From Snowella sp. SOY_38_metabat_116 (lineage in GTDB: Bacteria > Cyanobacteriota > Cyanobacteriia > Cyanobacteriales > Microcystaceae), in contig JANNLO010000100.1 in NCBI GenBank assembly GCA_031396835.1, positions 1 through 63,590 of the forward strand: a stretch of 63,590 nucleotides of DNA, read 5' to 3'. The translations under genes were made by a program, and so were the position numbers. The first letter of the stretch is position 1. Each line of letters starts with the position of its first letter. The notes beneath the pieces were generated by a model. The model worked only from the letters and a program-made list of their open reading frames with translations, was not told the origin of the DNA and did no database searches. This document shows positions 40,120 to 49,745 of the stretch, piece after piece.

Positions 40120-41139
40120 ATGCGTCCTGCCGTTCTTGTTGAACATCTGAAAAAGCGTTATGGGGCAGTTGAAGCCGTCAAAGATATTTCTTTCTCGGTG
40201 CAGCCTGGGGAAATTTTTGGACTATTGGGGCCGAATGGAGCGGGTAAAACGACGACTATTCGTTGCCTTTGTACTTTGGCAAAACCTGATGGTGGCAAGT
40301 TAGAAGTCGAAGGTGTTTCCGTGATTGAGCAACCAAAATTAGCTCGTCGTCTATTGGGTTATGTCGCCCAAGAAGTTGCCCTCGATAAAATTTTAACGGG
40401 ACGAGAACTCTTGCAACTCCAAGCTTCCCTTTATCATTTGTCGTCTAGCCAAGCAAAAGAACGTATCCAATTATTGTTACAACTCCTAAAATTAAACGAT
40501 TATGCCGAGCAAAAAACGGGAACTTATTCGGGCGGATTACGAAAACGTCTGGATTTAGCGGCGGGATTATTGCATCAACCTGCTGTTTTAGTTTTGGATG
40601 AACCTTCTGTTGGGCTAGATATTGAAAGTCGTTTTATTCTTTGGGACTTTTTACGTCAATTGCGGGATGCAGGCACGACAGTTTTAATTACCAGTCATTA
40701 TCTAGAAGAAATTGATGCCCTAGCCGATCGCCTGGTAATCATTGATCAGGGAAAAGTTTTGGCCCAAGGAAGTCCATCTGAATTAAAAGATCGAGTGGGC
40801 GGCGATCGCGTTACCTTAAGAACTCAAGAATTTGCGACATTAAAAGAAGCCGAAAAAGCTAAACATTTACTGGAACCTTTGGACTTTGTAGAAAATGTGA
40901 TTATCAATACAGCCCAGGGAAATTCTTTAAATTTAGTAGTAAAAGCTCAAAGTAATCCCTTAAGCACAATTGAACAAACTTTAATCACAGCTAATTTACC
41001 AATTTTTAGCTTATCCCAATCTCGTCCTAGCTTAGATGACGTTTATCTGGCGGCAACAGGCCAAACTTTAATAGATGCCGAAATTTCCGCCGCGAGTAAT
41101 CGTGACCTTAAAGCAGAAAAAAAACAAGCAATGAAATAA
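40120..41139 (+). CDS. ABC transporter ATP-binding protein (DrrA/ABC-2 subfamily)
   Basis: Walker A GPNGAGKTT, signature YSGGLRKRL, Walker B VLVLDEP, and a C-terminal regulatory-type extension. Confidence 0.85.
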   Translation: MRPAVLVEHLKKRYGAVEAVKDISFSVQPGEIFGLLGPNGAGKTTTIRCLCTLAKPDGGKLEVEGVSVIEQPKLARRLLGYVAQEVALDKILTGRELLQLQASLYHLSSSQAKERIQLLLQLLKLNDYAEQKTGTYSGGLRKRLDLAAGLLHQPAVLVLDEPSVGLDIESRFILWDFLRQLRDAGTTVLITSHYLEEIDALADRLVIIDQGKVLAQGSPSELKDRVGGDRVTLRTQEFATLKEAEKAKHLLEPLDFVENVIINTAQGNSLNLVVKAQSNPLSTIEQTLITANLPIFSLSQSRPSLDDVYLAATGQTLIDAEISAASNRDLKAEKKQAMK

Positions 41140-41158
41140 CTTTTTATCAACTAAAATC

Positions 41159-42052
41159 ATGACTCAAACTTTACTCAATACCAATCAAAATCAAGTCTTA
41201 TCTCCCAATACTCTGGTTAGTCGCGCTCTGGCTCAAGAAAATAATCTGGCAGATTTTATCCAAGAAACTTTGGCTTTAACTAAACGCCTATTTATTCAAT
41301 TGCAACGTCGTCCTTCCACTTTAATCGCAGGTATTATTCAGCCGTTTATGTGGTTAGTTCTCTTTGGAGCCTTATTTTTCAACGCGCCTTCTGGATTATT
41401 TGGTAATGATCAAAATTATGCTCAATTTCTCGCTCCTGGAATTATTGTTTTTACCGCTTTTTCGGGAGCTTTAAACGCAGGTTTACCCGTCATGTTTGAT
41501 CGAGAATTTGGATTTCTCAACCGTCTTTTAGTTGCACCTTTAGCTTCTCGTTATTCTATTGTCGCCGCTTCTACGATTTATATAATTGCTCTAAGTATGG
41601 TTCAAACGGCAGTTATTGTCGGAGCCAGTGCGTTATTGGGTGCAGGTTTACCTGATTTTATTGGACTTAGCGCGATCGCGTTTATTGTCTTCTTAATTGT
41701 CCTTGGTGTCACTGCTTTAAGTTTAGGATTAGCCTTTGCTTTGCCTGGACATATTGAACTTATTGCCGTCATTTTTGTCACGAACTTACCGCTTCTATTT
41801 GCTAGTACTGCTTTAGCTCCTCTTTCTTTTATGGCAGATTGGTTAAAAATTATTGCTAGTTTAAATCCTCTCACCTACGCGATCGAACCCATTCGCTATC
41901 TCTATCTGCATCAAGATTGGGCATTCAATAGCCTGGTTCTAAACACTCCTTGGGCTGCCATGAACTTTCTTCAGGTGTTAGGTATATTATTAATATTCGA
42001 TGCGTCAGTATTATCATTAATTCAACCTTTGTTACGTCGTCGTTTTCTCTAA
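41159..42052 (+). CDS. ABC-2 type transporter permease (possibly Ycf38-like)
   Basis: Six hydrophobic spans. N-terminal ETLALTKRLFIQLQRRPSTLIAGIIQP is typical of ABC-2 permeases. The pairing with the preceding ATPase resembles the conserved cyanobacterial/plastid ycf38 pair (from memory). Confidence 0.75.
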   Translation: MTQTLLNTNQNQVLSPNTLVSRALAQENNLADFIQETLALTKRLFIQLQRRPSTLIAGIIQPFMWLVLFGALFFNAPSGLFGNDQNYAQFLAPGIIVFTAFSGALNAGLPVMFDREFGFLNRLLVAPLASRYSIVAASTIYIIALSMVQTAVIVGASALLGAGLPDFIGLSAIAFIVFLIVLGVTALSLGLAFALPGHIELIAVIFVTNLPLLFASTALAPLSFMADWLKIIASLNPLTYAIEPIRYLYLHQDWAFNSLVLNTPWAAMNFLQVLGILLIFDASVLSLIQPLLRRRFL

Positions 42053-42082
42053 TGTATTTTATCGCTATACCCCAATAAAATT

Positions 42083-42436
42083 ATGAATCAAAAATATTTC
42101 ATTAAAGTTTTCTCTCTCTCTCTAGGAATTTGTGGATTATTGATGGGCATGGAAAAAGTAACTATCGCTCAGTCCCAAAACCTTCAAGAACCTTCTACCT
42201 ATCAAAGTAACGAACAAGATCCGAGTAAAGGTTCTTTTAGTGGATTTGATCCAGCATCTCTAATTCATAACGCCAATCTTAGTCGGAGTCGGAGTGGTTC
42301 TGCTTTTGCACAAGATACTCAAAATAATCTCAATAAAGCTGCCGAAGATTTTAAACGTCAACAGCAACAACAATTACAATCTCAACCTGTTAATATTACG
42401 CCCACTAACCCGACAACGCTTCCCGCTCCACAATAA
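42083..42436 (+). CDS. hypothetical secreted Q/N/S-rich protein
   Basis: Signal-like N-terminus FSLSLGICGLLMG, then a low-complexity Q-rich sequence. Confidence 0.5.
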   Translation: MNQKYFIKVFSLSLGICGLLMGMEKVTIAQSQNLQEPSTYQSNEQDPSKGSFSGFDPASLIHNANLSRSRSGSAFAQDTQNNLNKAAEDFKRQQQQQLQSQPVNITPTNPTTLPAPQ

Positions 42437-42578
42437 ATAATTGAAAAACTGTTTGTTCATCTTGTTCATCGGCGATCGCCTTAGTAATGCTAGTGACTTA
42501 TTCAATAATTCCAAAATCAGCTTCCGCGATCGCTTCTTTCTCAGACTAAAATGAACAATATTCTTGTTTTAAATTAGT

Positions 42579-44174
42579 ATGAATTGGACAAATTGGACAC
42601 TCAAAGAAAAAATTGGTCAACTGATTGTCGTGAGAGCATCTGGCTTTTTGTTTGATCATCAAATTCGTTATCCCGTCTGGGAAGCGTCCAATAATCACTT
42701 AAAAAATTGGTTAGAGAAATTAAATTTAGGCGGCATTATTTTATTGGGCGGCAGTGCGGTGGAGTTGGCCGCTAGATCCCAACAACTGCAAACTTGGGCA
42801 ATGAATCCCTTACTCATTTGTGCTGATATTGAAGAAGGAGTTGGGCAAAGGTTTGCGGGTGCAACTTGGTTTCCGCCACCGATGGCTTTAGGCGCGATCG
42901 CCCAAGAAAATTTGGAACTGGCCCAAAACTACGCCACAAAAATGGGAGAAATTACAGCCAAAGAAGCTCTAGCGATTGGAATTAACTGGATTCTGGCTCC
43001 GATCGCCGATGTGAATAATAATCCCGATAATCCTGTGATCAATATTCGTGCTTTTGGAGAAACGCCAGAAATCGTTAGTGCGTTGGTCAGCAGTTTTATC
43101 GAAGGAGCTAAAAAATATTCCGTCTTGACAACCGCCAAACATTTTCCTGGTCACGGCGACACTGCCACTGATTCTCATTTAAATTTACCGATTATTCCCC
43201 ATAATCTACAAAGATTAGAGCAAATTGAACTTCCTCCTTTTCAATCGGCGATCGCGGCAGAAGTTGATACAATAATGACCGCCCATATTCGTATTCCCGC
43301 TTGGGATTCGGTCAATCCAGCGACCCTTTCTGCCCAAATTTTAACCAAACAATTACGCCAAAAAATGGGCTTTGAGGGTTTAATTGTCACAGATGCCCTA
43401 ATTATGGGTGGAATTACCCAAGAAGCAGAGCCAGAAGAAGTTGCAGTTCGTGCCTTGATTGCAGGAGCCGATATTCTATTGATGCCTCCCGATCCTGAAA
43501 AAGCGATCGCCGCCGTTTATGAAGCAGTGCAATCAGGAAGATTAACCGAATCTAGAATTGATGAATCTGTCAAGCGAATTTGGCAAGCAAAGGAAAAATT
43601 GGGTTTATTTGTCCCAGCTTCTTCTACTTTAAAAATCGAAAATTTAAGTTCTAATAATGCTCAGCAATCAGTTGAGTTGATCATCAAAAATTCTCTCAAA
43701 AAACGAGGAAATTTACCGATTAAAGTTGAGAGTCAGCAACCTAAAAAGAATTTAATAATTGTTAATGATTTACTTAATTGTGACTTTTTAGATCGAGCCT
43801 GTCCGAGTGTCATGATTCCCAAACGTTTTAATTATGAATTAGAGTTGCGAGATCAAAGTTTATTAGATTCTAATACTTTTAAAAACCAGTTAATTTTGCT
43901 ACAAATTTTCATTCGAGGAAATCCTTTTCGGGGAACGGCAGGTTTAACTGAAAAGGCAAAAGATTTTTATCAGCAATTATTTCAGAATAATTCAATACAA
44001 GCGGTGATTATCTACGGTAGTCCTTATGTTTTAGACTGTTTTTTTCCTTTATTTTCTGTTGAGCTTCCTTGGATTTTTAGCTACGGACAAATGCCCCAAT
44101 CCCAAGCGATCGCGTGTGAAGAATTATTTGATTTATCAAAACTTTCTGATCAAGATTCAGATATTTTCATCTAA
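42579..44174 (+). CDS. glycoside hydrolase family 3 (NagZ-like beta-N-acetylhexosaminidase) with C-terminal extension
   Basis: KHFPGHGDT motif and VTDALIMGG region. 531 aa. Confidence 0.8.
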   Translation: MNWTNWTLKEKIGQLIVVRASGFLFDHQIRYPVWEASNNHLKNWLEKLNLGGIILLGGSAVELAARSQQLQTWAMNPLLICADIEEGVGQRFAGATWFPPPMALGAIAQENLELAQNYATKMGEITAKEALAIGINWILAPIADVNNNPDNPVINIRAFGETPEIVSALVSSFIEGAKKYSVLTTAKHFPGHGDTATDSHLNLPIIPHNLQRLEQIELPPFQSAIAAEVDTIMTAHIRIPAWDSVNPATLSAQILTKQLRQKMGFEGLIVTDALIMGGITQEAEPEEVAVRALIAGADILLMPPDPEKAIAAVYEAVQSGRLTESRIDESVKRIWQAKEKLGLFVPASSTLKIENLSSNNAQQSVELIIKNSLKKRGNLPIKVESQQPKKNLIIVNDLLNCDFLDRACPSVMIPKRFNYELELRDQSLLDSNTFKNQLILLQIFIRGNPFRGTAGLTEKAKDFYQQLFQNNSIQAVIIYGSPYVLDCFFPLFSVELPWIFSYGQMPQSQAIACEELFDLSKLSDQDSDIFI

Positions 44175-44349
44175 AAAAAAAATGCGGCTAGCTATCTTAA
44201 TAACTAACCTTAGTGCTATGTTTGCACCCGCTTTTTGAATCCTGAATCTATTATTCATCGAACATTTCTTTTCAACAAGCTGATTGATCACAGTTTTCTT
44301 GTGATCTTGGTCACAAATATTAAGTTAACACTTAAGGAAATGATAAATC

Positions 44350-45717
44350 TTACTTATTTTCTGTTAATCTGGGTTTTTCACCTAAAATTGCTTCTGACCA
44401 CCAAACATTATGCTTTTTTTGGGGATTTAATCCATATTGGGGTCTAATGCCATAAATCGTGTCTGGGTGATGTTCCAAGGCGGTGCTGATGTGAGAATAA
44501 ACTTTGGTGAGATTTAGTCCCCTGGGATCACAGTGATCGCCAATAACTTTACCTAATCCTTGATCCAACCAATAATGCGTCACGATTTGGGGAAAGCGGC
44601 CAGCAAACAAAGCAGACTTAAGATATAAATTTTTCAGAGTTTCATATTGGCTGTCAGTATAAGCTTCACCATTATAGTTATCCAAATTAATTGCTCGATT
44701 TTCGGGGATTTTAACCGCCCCCTCTAGATTATTGTAGGTTCTAACTTCAATATCTGCTGTAAAGCAATCTGAACCGCGTTTTTGGATTAATTCAAAATTC
44801 ACTGATGAACCAACTCTCGTCCGATTGGCTTGCAGAATAGGATTAAGTTTTTGACAGGTTTGAAGTAATTGACTGGCGTTTTTGGGAAATTGAACAAAAT
44901 TAAGAGCCGTTTTTTGATCTTTTAAGATATTTTTACAAAGATTGGCGATCGCCCAAATTGCTGTTGTTTTTGCCCCGTCAAGGGATTCAAGATTCTGGGA
45001 TTGCCACGCATTAAAGGCTTGATCCGATGAACTATTCAGCCAAAGAGCCGCTCGATTAGCAAAAATCACAAAATTAGGGTCTAGTTCGGCGATCGCATCA
45101 CGCAGATGAGTTTGTCTTGTGGAGGGATTGAGGGTTTGCCAAATTGTTCGTAGCGATCGATTGCGCCGAGACTCAGACAAAAGATCAAACCCTTTTTCAT
45201 AGGCTGTAGCGGTGGGACGATTTTTGGAAAAAAACCCTTGACGAATGACAATAGCATTTCCTTTTCTTGGCACATAAGCCGCAATTCCATCACCCAATGG
45301 GCCACGGGAAGATTGTTTTTGAGCATGAATGGTCGCATTATCAATTTCTCCTGCCGTATCATGAAGAATCACCAAGGGCAGTTCTCCGATCACCAGAGGA
45401 TAAGGTTTTTTGACAGATTCTCCTAATAGCAAGGAAATTTGTGTGCGTTCTCTTTCAGTGAGCAATCGTCCAACGGGATTTTTATCTTCATCAATCCTAT
45501 TTTCTAGATCCAAAGGTTCAACGAGTGAAAGTGGTCTAGAGTCTTCATCTTTCCCTGAAAACTGAGTAAAAAGCGATCGCTGAAGAAACAAGGCATCCAA
45601 ACCTAAAGCCATAAAAACCGTGCCGCAAGCCACTCCAGCCACTCGACGATTTGAGGGTTTTCTCTGTTGACTGAAATAAGTCTTGATTTTAGATAAAATT
45701 TTTAAATTTAATGTCAT
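44350..45717 (-). CDS. hypothetical membrane-anchored protein
   Basis: One N-terminal TM (VAGVACGTVFMALGL), 455 aa. There are only weak amidase_2-like motifs (LVILHDTAGE; THYWLD...GDHCDPRG). Contains HIP1 copies, so it looks native. Confidence 0.5.
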   Translation of the reverse strand: MTLNLKILSKIKTYFSQQRKPSNRRVAGVACGTVFMALGLDALFLQRSLFTQFSGKDEDSRPLSLVEPLDLENRIDEDKNPVGRLLTERERTQISLLLGESVKKPYPLVIGELPLVILHDTAGEIDNATIHAQKQSSRGPLGDGIAAYVPRKGNAIVIRQGFFSKNRPTATAYEKGFDLLSESRRNRSLRTIWQTLNPSTRQTHLRDAIAELDPNFVIFANRAALWLNSSSDQAFNAWQSQNLESLDGAKTTAIWAIANLCKNILKDQKTALNFVQFPKNASQLLQTCQKLNPILQANRTRVGSSVNFELIQKRGSDCFTADIEVRTYNNLEGAVKIPENRAINLDNYNGEAYTDSQYETLKNLYLKSALFAGRFPQIVTHYWLDQGLGKVIGDHCDPRGLNLTKVYSHISTALEHHPDTIYGIRPQYGLNPQKKHNVWWSEAILGEKPRLTENK

Positions 45718-46353
45718 TTTGTCTTCAACAATAATGAAAAGTCAATTTGTCGCTTCAACTTCAAAAAAAAAGATTCCACACTTCAGTTTATAAATTTGCT
45801 CTGTTTATAACATATATAGTCTTCAAAATCTACCATTTGTGTGCTTTAGCCCTGACAATTCTGTGAGATTTTCTCAAAAAAGATGTAAAACTATTCAGTC
45901 ATTCCTATTGAGGTATATTTTAAACTTCAGTCTATTTACACTTGACAGAAGTAATTTCTTTCCGCGTAAAAAATAACACTGAGAATTTAATTTTTTATCG
46001 ATAATTACCGTTTTTTTAAAGACGGAATTATCAATTGTGAATTTCAATCAAAATTTTAACTTTTTTGTGAATAACAGCTACTTATTTCTTGATCCCCAAT
46101 AAGTTTTAAAAAGAACTTTGTTATAGTGATTACATTTTTTAAAGATAATGAGTGATTTCCTCAATTATTATTTCGCTTTGTAAAATGATTATTAAAAGAA
46201 CCTAAAGGAAAAAAACAGTTGGGGATCGCTAAAACCCATTTAGAACCGAACTTTTAAGCCAAAATCCTAAAATTCAGTGAGTGTATAATAATAAGATAAC
46301 AAAATACTAAATTTACAATCTTAAGATTTTCCTAATTCAATGTTTTAGACTCC

Positions 46354-46635
46354 ATGAAAACCGCAAATTTTTCAACATCATCTTGTCGGCATTGTCGATA
46401 TTATCAAACAGAAGGCAGAAGGGGTGGAATGTGCCATCAGCTAAGCGTTCCTGTGCGTAGTGAATGGGCTGCTTGTACTTTAGCCGCTCGTCCTTTTAAT
46501 ACTGCTTGGGAAAGTTTGGAAGGGGTTGTTCGTTTAGAGCATTTTTTGTCTTTGTCCTATCAAAACGATAATGATAAAACAGAAGTTCCTTTAGAAATAT
46601 TAATCGAGGAAAATCAATCTTTATTATCCGTTTAG
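46354..46635 (+). CDS. hypothetical small Cys-containing protein
   Basis: 93 aa with CRHC...C...C spacing in the N-terminal 41 aa. Preceded by a 636-bp AT-rich non-coding region. Confidence 0.5.
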   Translation: MKTANFSTSSCRHCRYYQTEGRRGGMCHQLSVPVRSEWAACTLAARPFNTAWESLEGVVRLEHFLSLSYQNDNDKTEVPLEILIEENQSLLSV

Positions 46636-46749
46636 TTTAAATATTTTTTGGATAAAATCTGATAAAACTTCTCAATAAATCTTCCGTAAGTTAGATGCAA
46701 ATTGTCTGAAATTTTTGAAACTTTTTTAGAACTTATTTACTTTAAATCT

Positions 46750-47583
46750 TTAAGGGAGCCAAGGATATTGACGAAAGTTGGGAGGACGTTTTTCAAGAAA
46801 AGCTTGTTTTCCTTCTGTTCCTTCTTCCGTCATATAATACAATAATGTGGCATTTCCAGCCAGTTCTTGTAGTCCAGCTTGCCCGTCACAATCGGCATTA
46901 AAAGCTGATTTTAAGCAACGGATTGCTAGGGGACTTTTCTCTAAAATTTCTCTAGCCCATTGCACACCTTCAATTTCTAATCGATCTATTGGTACAACTG
47001 TATTTACTAATCCCATTGCTAAAGCTTGTTCTGCGGAATATTGACGGCAAAGAAACCAAATTTCTCTTGCTTTTTTTTGTCCCACAATCCGCGCTAAATA
47101 ACTAGACCCAAATCCGCCATCAAAACTCCCTACTTTTGGGCCTGTTTGTCCAAAAATCGCATTATCTGCCGCGATCGTTAAATCACAAACTAAATGAAGG
47201 ACATGACCGCCGCCGATCGCATATCCCGCCACGAGTGCAATCACAACTTTCGGAACGGAACGAATTAAGCGTTGTAAATCGAGGACATTTAAACGGGGTA
47301 CGCCATCTTCGTCAATATAACCCGCTTCTCCGCGCACTGATTGATCCCCGCCCGAACAAAAAGCATATTTGCCATCGGTATGAGGCCCCGCCCCAGTTAA
47401 AAGAATCACGCCAATACGGGGATCTTCGCGCGCATTACAAAACGCATCATAAAGTTCAAAAACGGTTTTAGGACGGAAGGCATTTCGTTTATGAGGTCGA
47501 TTAATGGTGATTTTGGCGATCCCATCCCATTTATGATAAAAAATGTCTTCGTAAGCTTTGGCGATTTGCCAGTCTGTTGTCAT
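46750..47583 (-). CDS. menB: 1,4-dihydroxy-2-naphthoyl-CoA synthase
   Basis: Crotonase fold with the MenB-typical [15 protein letters not shown] and [14 protein letters not shown] motifs. 277 aa. Confidence 0.9.
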   Translation of the reverse strand: MTTDWQIAKAYEDIFYHKWDGIAKITINRPHKRNAFRPKTVFELYDAFCNAREDPRIGVILLTGAGPHTDGKYAFCSGGDQSVRGEAGYIDEDGVPRLNVLDLQRLIRSVPKVVIALVAGYAIGGGHVLHLVCDLTIAADNAIFGQTGPKVGSFDGGFGSSYLARIVGQKKAREIWFLCRQYSAEQALAMGLVNTVVPIDRLEIEGVQWAREILEKSPLAIRCLKSAFNADCDGQAGLQELAGNATLLYYMTEEGTEGKQAFLEKRPPNFRQYPWLP

Positions 47584-48017
47584 AATCCGAACGACGAAAA
47601 GAATACGCGATTGATCATATCAGTTTAACGGAATAATTGACCTGAATTGGTCAAGGGCGATCGCCTGCTGTAGTTATAACCCTCAAAACAAACGAACTTT
47701 AACTTTTTATTAAGAAAGAAGTGATTTTGTCAAATAGTGATATGGTATTTCAGCTTATCAATAAGATTAGCTCTAATTATTAAGTAAAGCTTTAGTTAAG
47801 GATTGAAAATTGATTCTTAAGTAATAATATATAGGTGGGGATCAAGGGAAACTTAGGTAGAATCTCGTTATCCTCGTCGCCAATAAATTTTTAATATATT
47901 GTTTATCATTTTAGATTAATTAATATATTTAATTAAAATACCATCATTCGTTAAACATTTTGCAGTGTTTTCTGAAATGGTGAGTTCATAAAAAACAAAT
48001 TTAATAAGGACATAAAA

Positions 48018-48212
48018 ATGATTAATTCACAGATAATACGTTGCCCGAATTGTGGCAATCATGCTGAAAGAAAGTTTCTTGTTAAATTAAATGTGACGGA
48101 AATTTCTTGCCCTGTTTGTGATTATTTATTAGTCAGTTGTTCTCGCACGGGGAATGTTTTAGAATCTTACGCACCAGGATTAAAAGACTTGATGCAATTG
48201 TCGCGATCTTAA
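48018..48212 (+). CDS. hypothetical zinc-ribbon protein
   Basis: 64 aa with CPNCG...CPVC spacing. Confidence 0.45.
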   Translation: MINSQIIRCPNCGNHAERKFLVKLNVTEISCPVCDYLLVSCSRTGNVLESYAPGLKDLMQLSRS

Positions 48213-48315
48213 TCTAATATTCCTTTTTAATCAACCCACTGAAAACCGTTTAGAATAACTAACTAGACGTTTTTTAGTTTAATAATAAATTTAAGAAATG
48301 ATTAATAAAGATTAG

Positions 48316-48480
48316 CTGTTTGAAACGGAAAGATTAGGAATTCGTGATTGGCAACCAGAAACAGATAGTGATCAAAACGCAGTACAAAAATACTTATAAG
48401 AAATAGTAGATAAGTTAGGATTAACTCAAAAATATTATGGAGTTGAATTAGCTTTATTTAGTCTAATAAATCCTGATTAA
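48316..48480 (+). pseudogene. degraded GNAT (RimJ/RimL-like) acetyltransferase remnant
   Basis: Two short frames without a start codon: LFETERLGIRDWQPETDSDQNAVQKYL* and EIVDKLGLTQKYYGVELALFSLINPD*. They resemble the N- and C-terminal ends of GNAT proteins. The central about 120 codons are missing. Confidence 0.4.
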
Positions 48481-48508
48481 AATATCTTCATTACTCCCAA
48501 TATTTTGA

Positions 48509-49690
48509 TTAACTTTGAGATAAACGTTTCAACAAACCTCCACCTAAAAGCTCATCTGTTTCCATTAGTAATTGAGGAATAATATCTCGATGAGGACTGT
48601 TTTTTAAGCATTCACTTAAATCTAATTCGCTGACATTTTTCGCTTGTTTTCCTGGGAACCAATGGCCGCCATTTCCTAATAAGTTATAACGCATTTTTCC
48701 GTAGTCAAGTAAATCATAAGCCAAGGCTAAATTACGCAACCAAAGAATAGTATGAATATTAATATTATTAGGTGTATCTTGATGATTAGGTAAGCCTATT
48801 TGCCAGGTTTCTACCCATTCTTTTCCTAAGATATTAATTAATTCTTGTTCAAGGTTTTTAATAATAGAATTTAAAATAGTAATGTCCTGATCTAAATAAT
48901 CTAAAGTATTTAAATGTTCAATAAAATCTGTTGGCTTAGAAGCTCCAATACTGAGAGTATGAATTTGAGAATGGGACAAACAAAATAGATCATTAAAAAC
49001 AATTGGACTCAGGGGTTGACAGAGTTTAATTAACTTTTCAGGAGGATTATATAACTGCCCACCTTTATCAGAAGGACTAATAATAAATACGCCCATATCT
49101 TGTTTTGTTGCTGCTTCAATGGCGGCCCAATTAACTTGATTTATGTAGTACCAATGCAGGTTAACATAATCAAATTCTCCGCTTTCAATCGTTTTAATAA
49201 TAATATCTGTCGGCCCATGAGTCGAGAAACCAATAAAACGAACTTTACCTTCTTTTTGTAATTTTTTAGCTTCGTCTAAACAACCTCCTGAACGCAAACT
49301 ATAATCTAAAATTTCAGGAGTATTGATCCCATGTAATCCTAATAAATCTACATATTCTAGATTGAGATATTGAAAAGATTGATCGAAATTTTCTCGAAAT
49401 TCTTGAGAATTTTCTTTAGGAGAAACTTTGGTTTGCACAATCAATTTTTCTCGTTTAAATTTGGGTAAAATTTTCCCTAATTGCATCTCAGAGGTGCCAT
49501 AACCCCTGGCAGTTTCAATATGATTAATTCCGAGTGCTAAAGCTTGTTCAATTGTTGCTTCTAAATTCTGTTGGTTGTCGAGAGGAATTTTATCTTCAGT
49601 TGTATCTTGCCATTGATGTTGATAGCGCATCCCGCCACAGGAAAAAACGGGCATCGCGAGTTCTGTTCGGCCAAAACGTCGGTATTTCAT
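48509..49690 (-). CDS. aldo/keto reductase family oxidoreductase
   Basis: N-terminal MKYRRFGRTELAMPVFSCGGMR and GINHIETARGYG motifs. 393 aa with a C-terminal extension. Confidence 0.8.
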   Translation of the reverse strand: MKYRRFGRTELAMPVFSCGGMRYQHQWQDTTEDKIPLDNQQNLEATIEQALALGINHIETARGYGTSEMQLGKILPKFKREKLIVQTKVSPKENSQEFRENFDQSFQYLNLEYVDLLGLHGINTPEILDYSLRSGGCLDEAKKLQKEGKVRFIGFSTHGPTDIIIKTIESGEFDYVNLHWYYINQVNWAAIEAATKQDMGVFIISPSDKGGQLYNPPEKLIKLCQPLSPIVFNDLFCLSHSQIHTLSIGASKPTDFIEHLNTLDYLDQDITILNSIIKNLEQELINILGKEWVETWQIGLPNHQDTPNNINIHTILWLRNLALAYDLLDYGKMRYNLLGNGGHWFPGKQAKNVSELDLSECLKNSPHRDIIPQLLMETDELLGGGLLKRLSQS

Positions 49691-49745
49691 AGAGTTAATG
49701 AAACTATTTTTAATCTATTTTTTAATATGGCACTAAAAACTAAAT

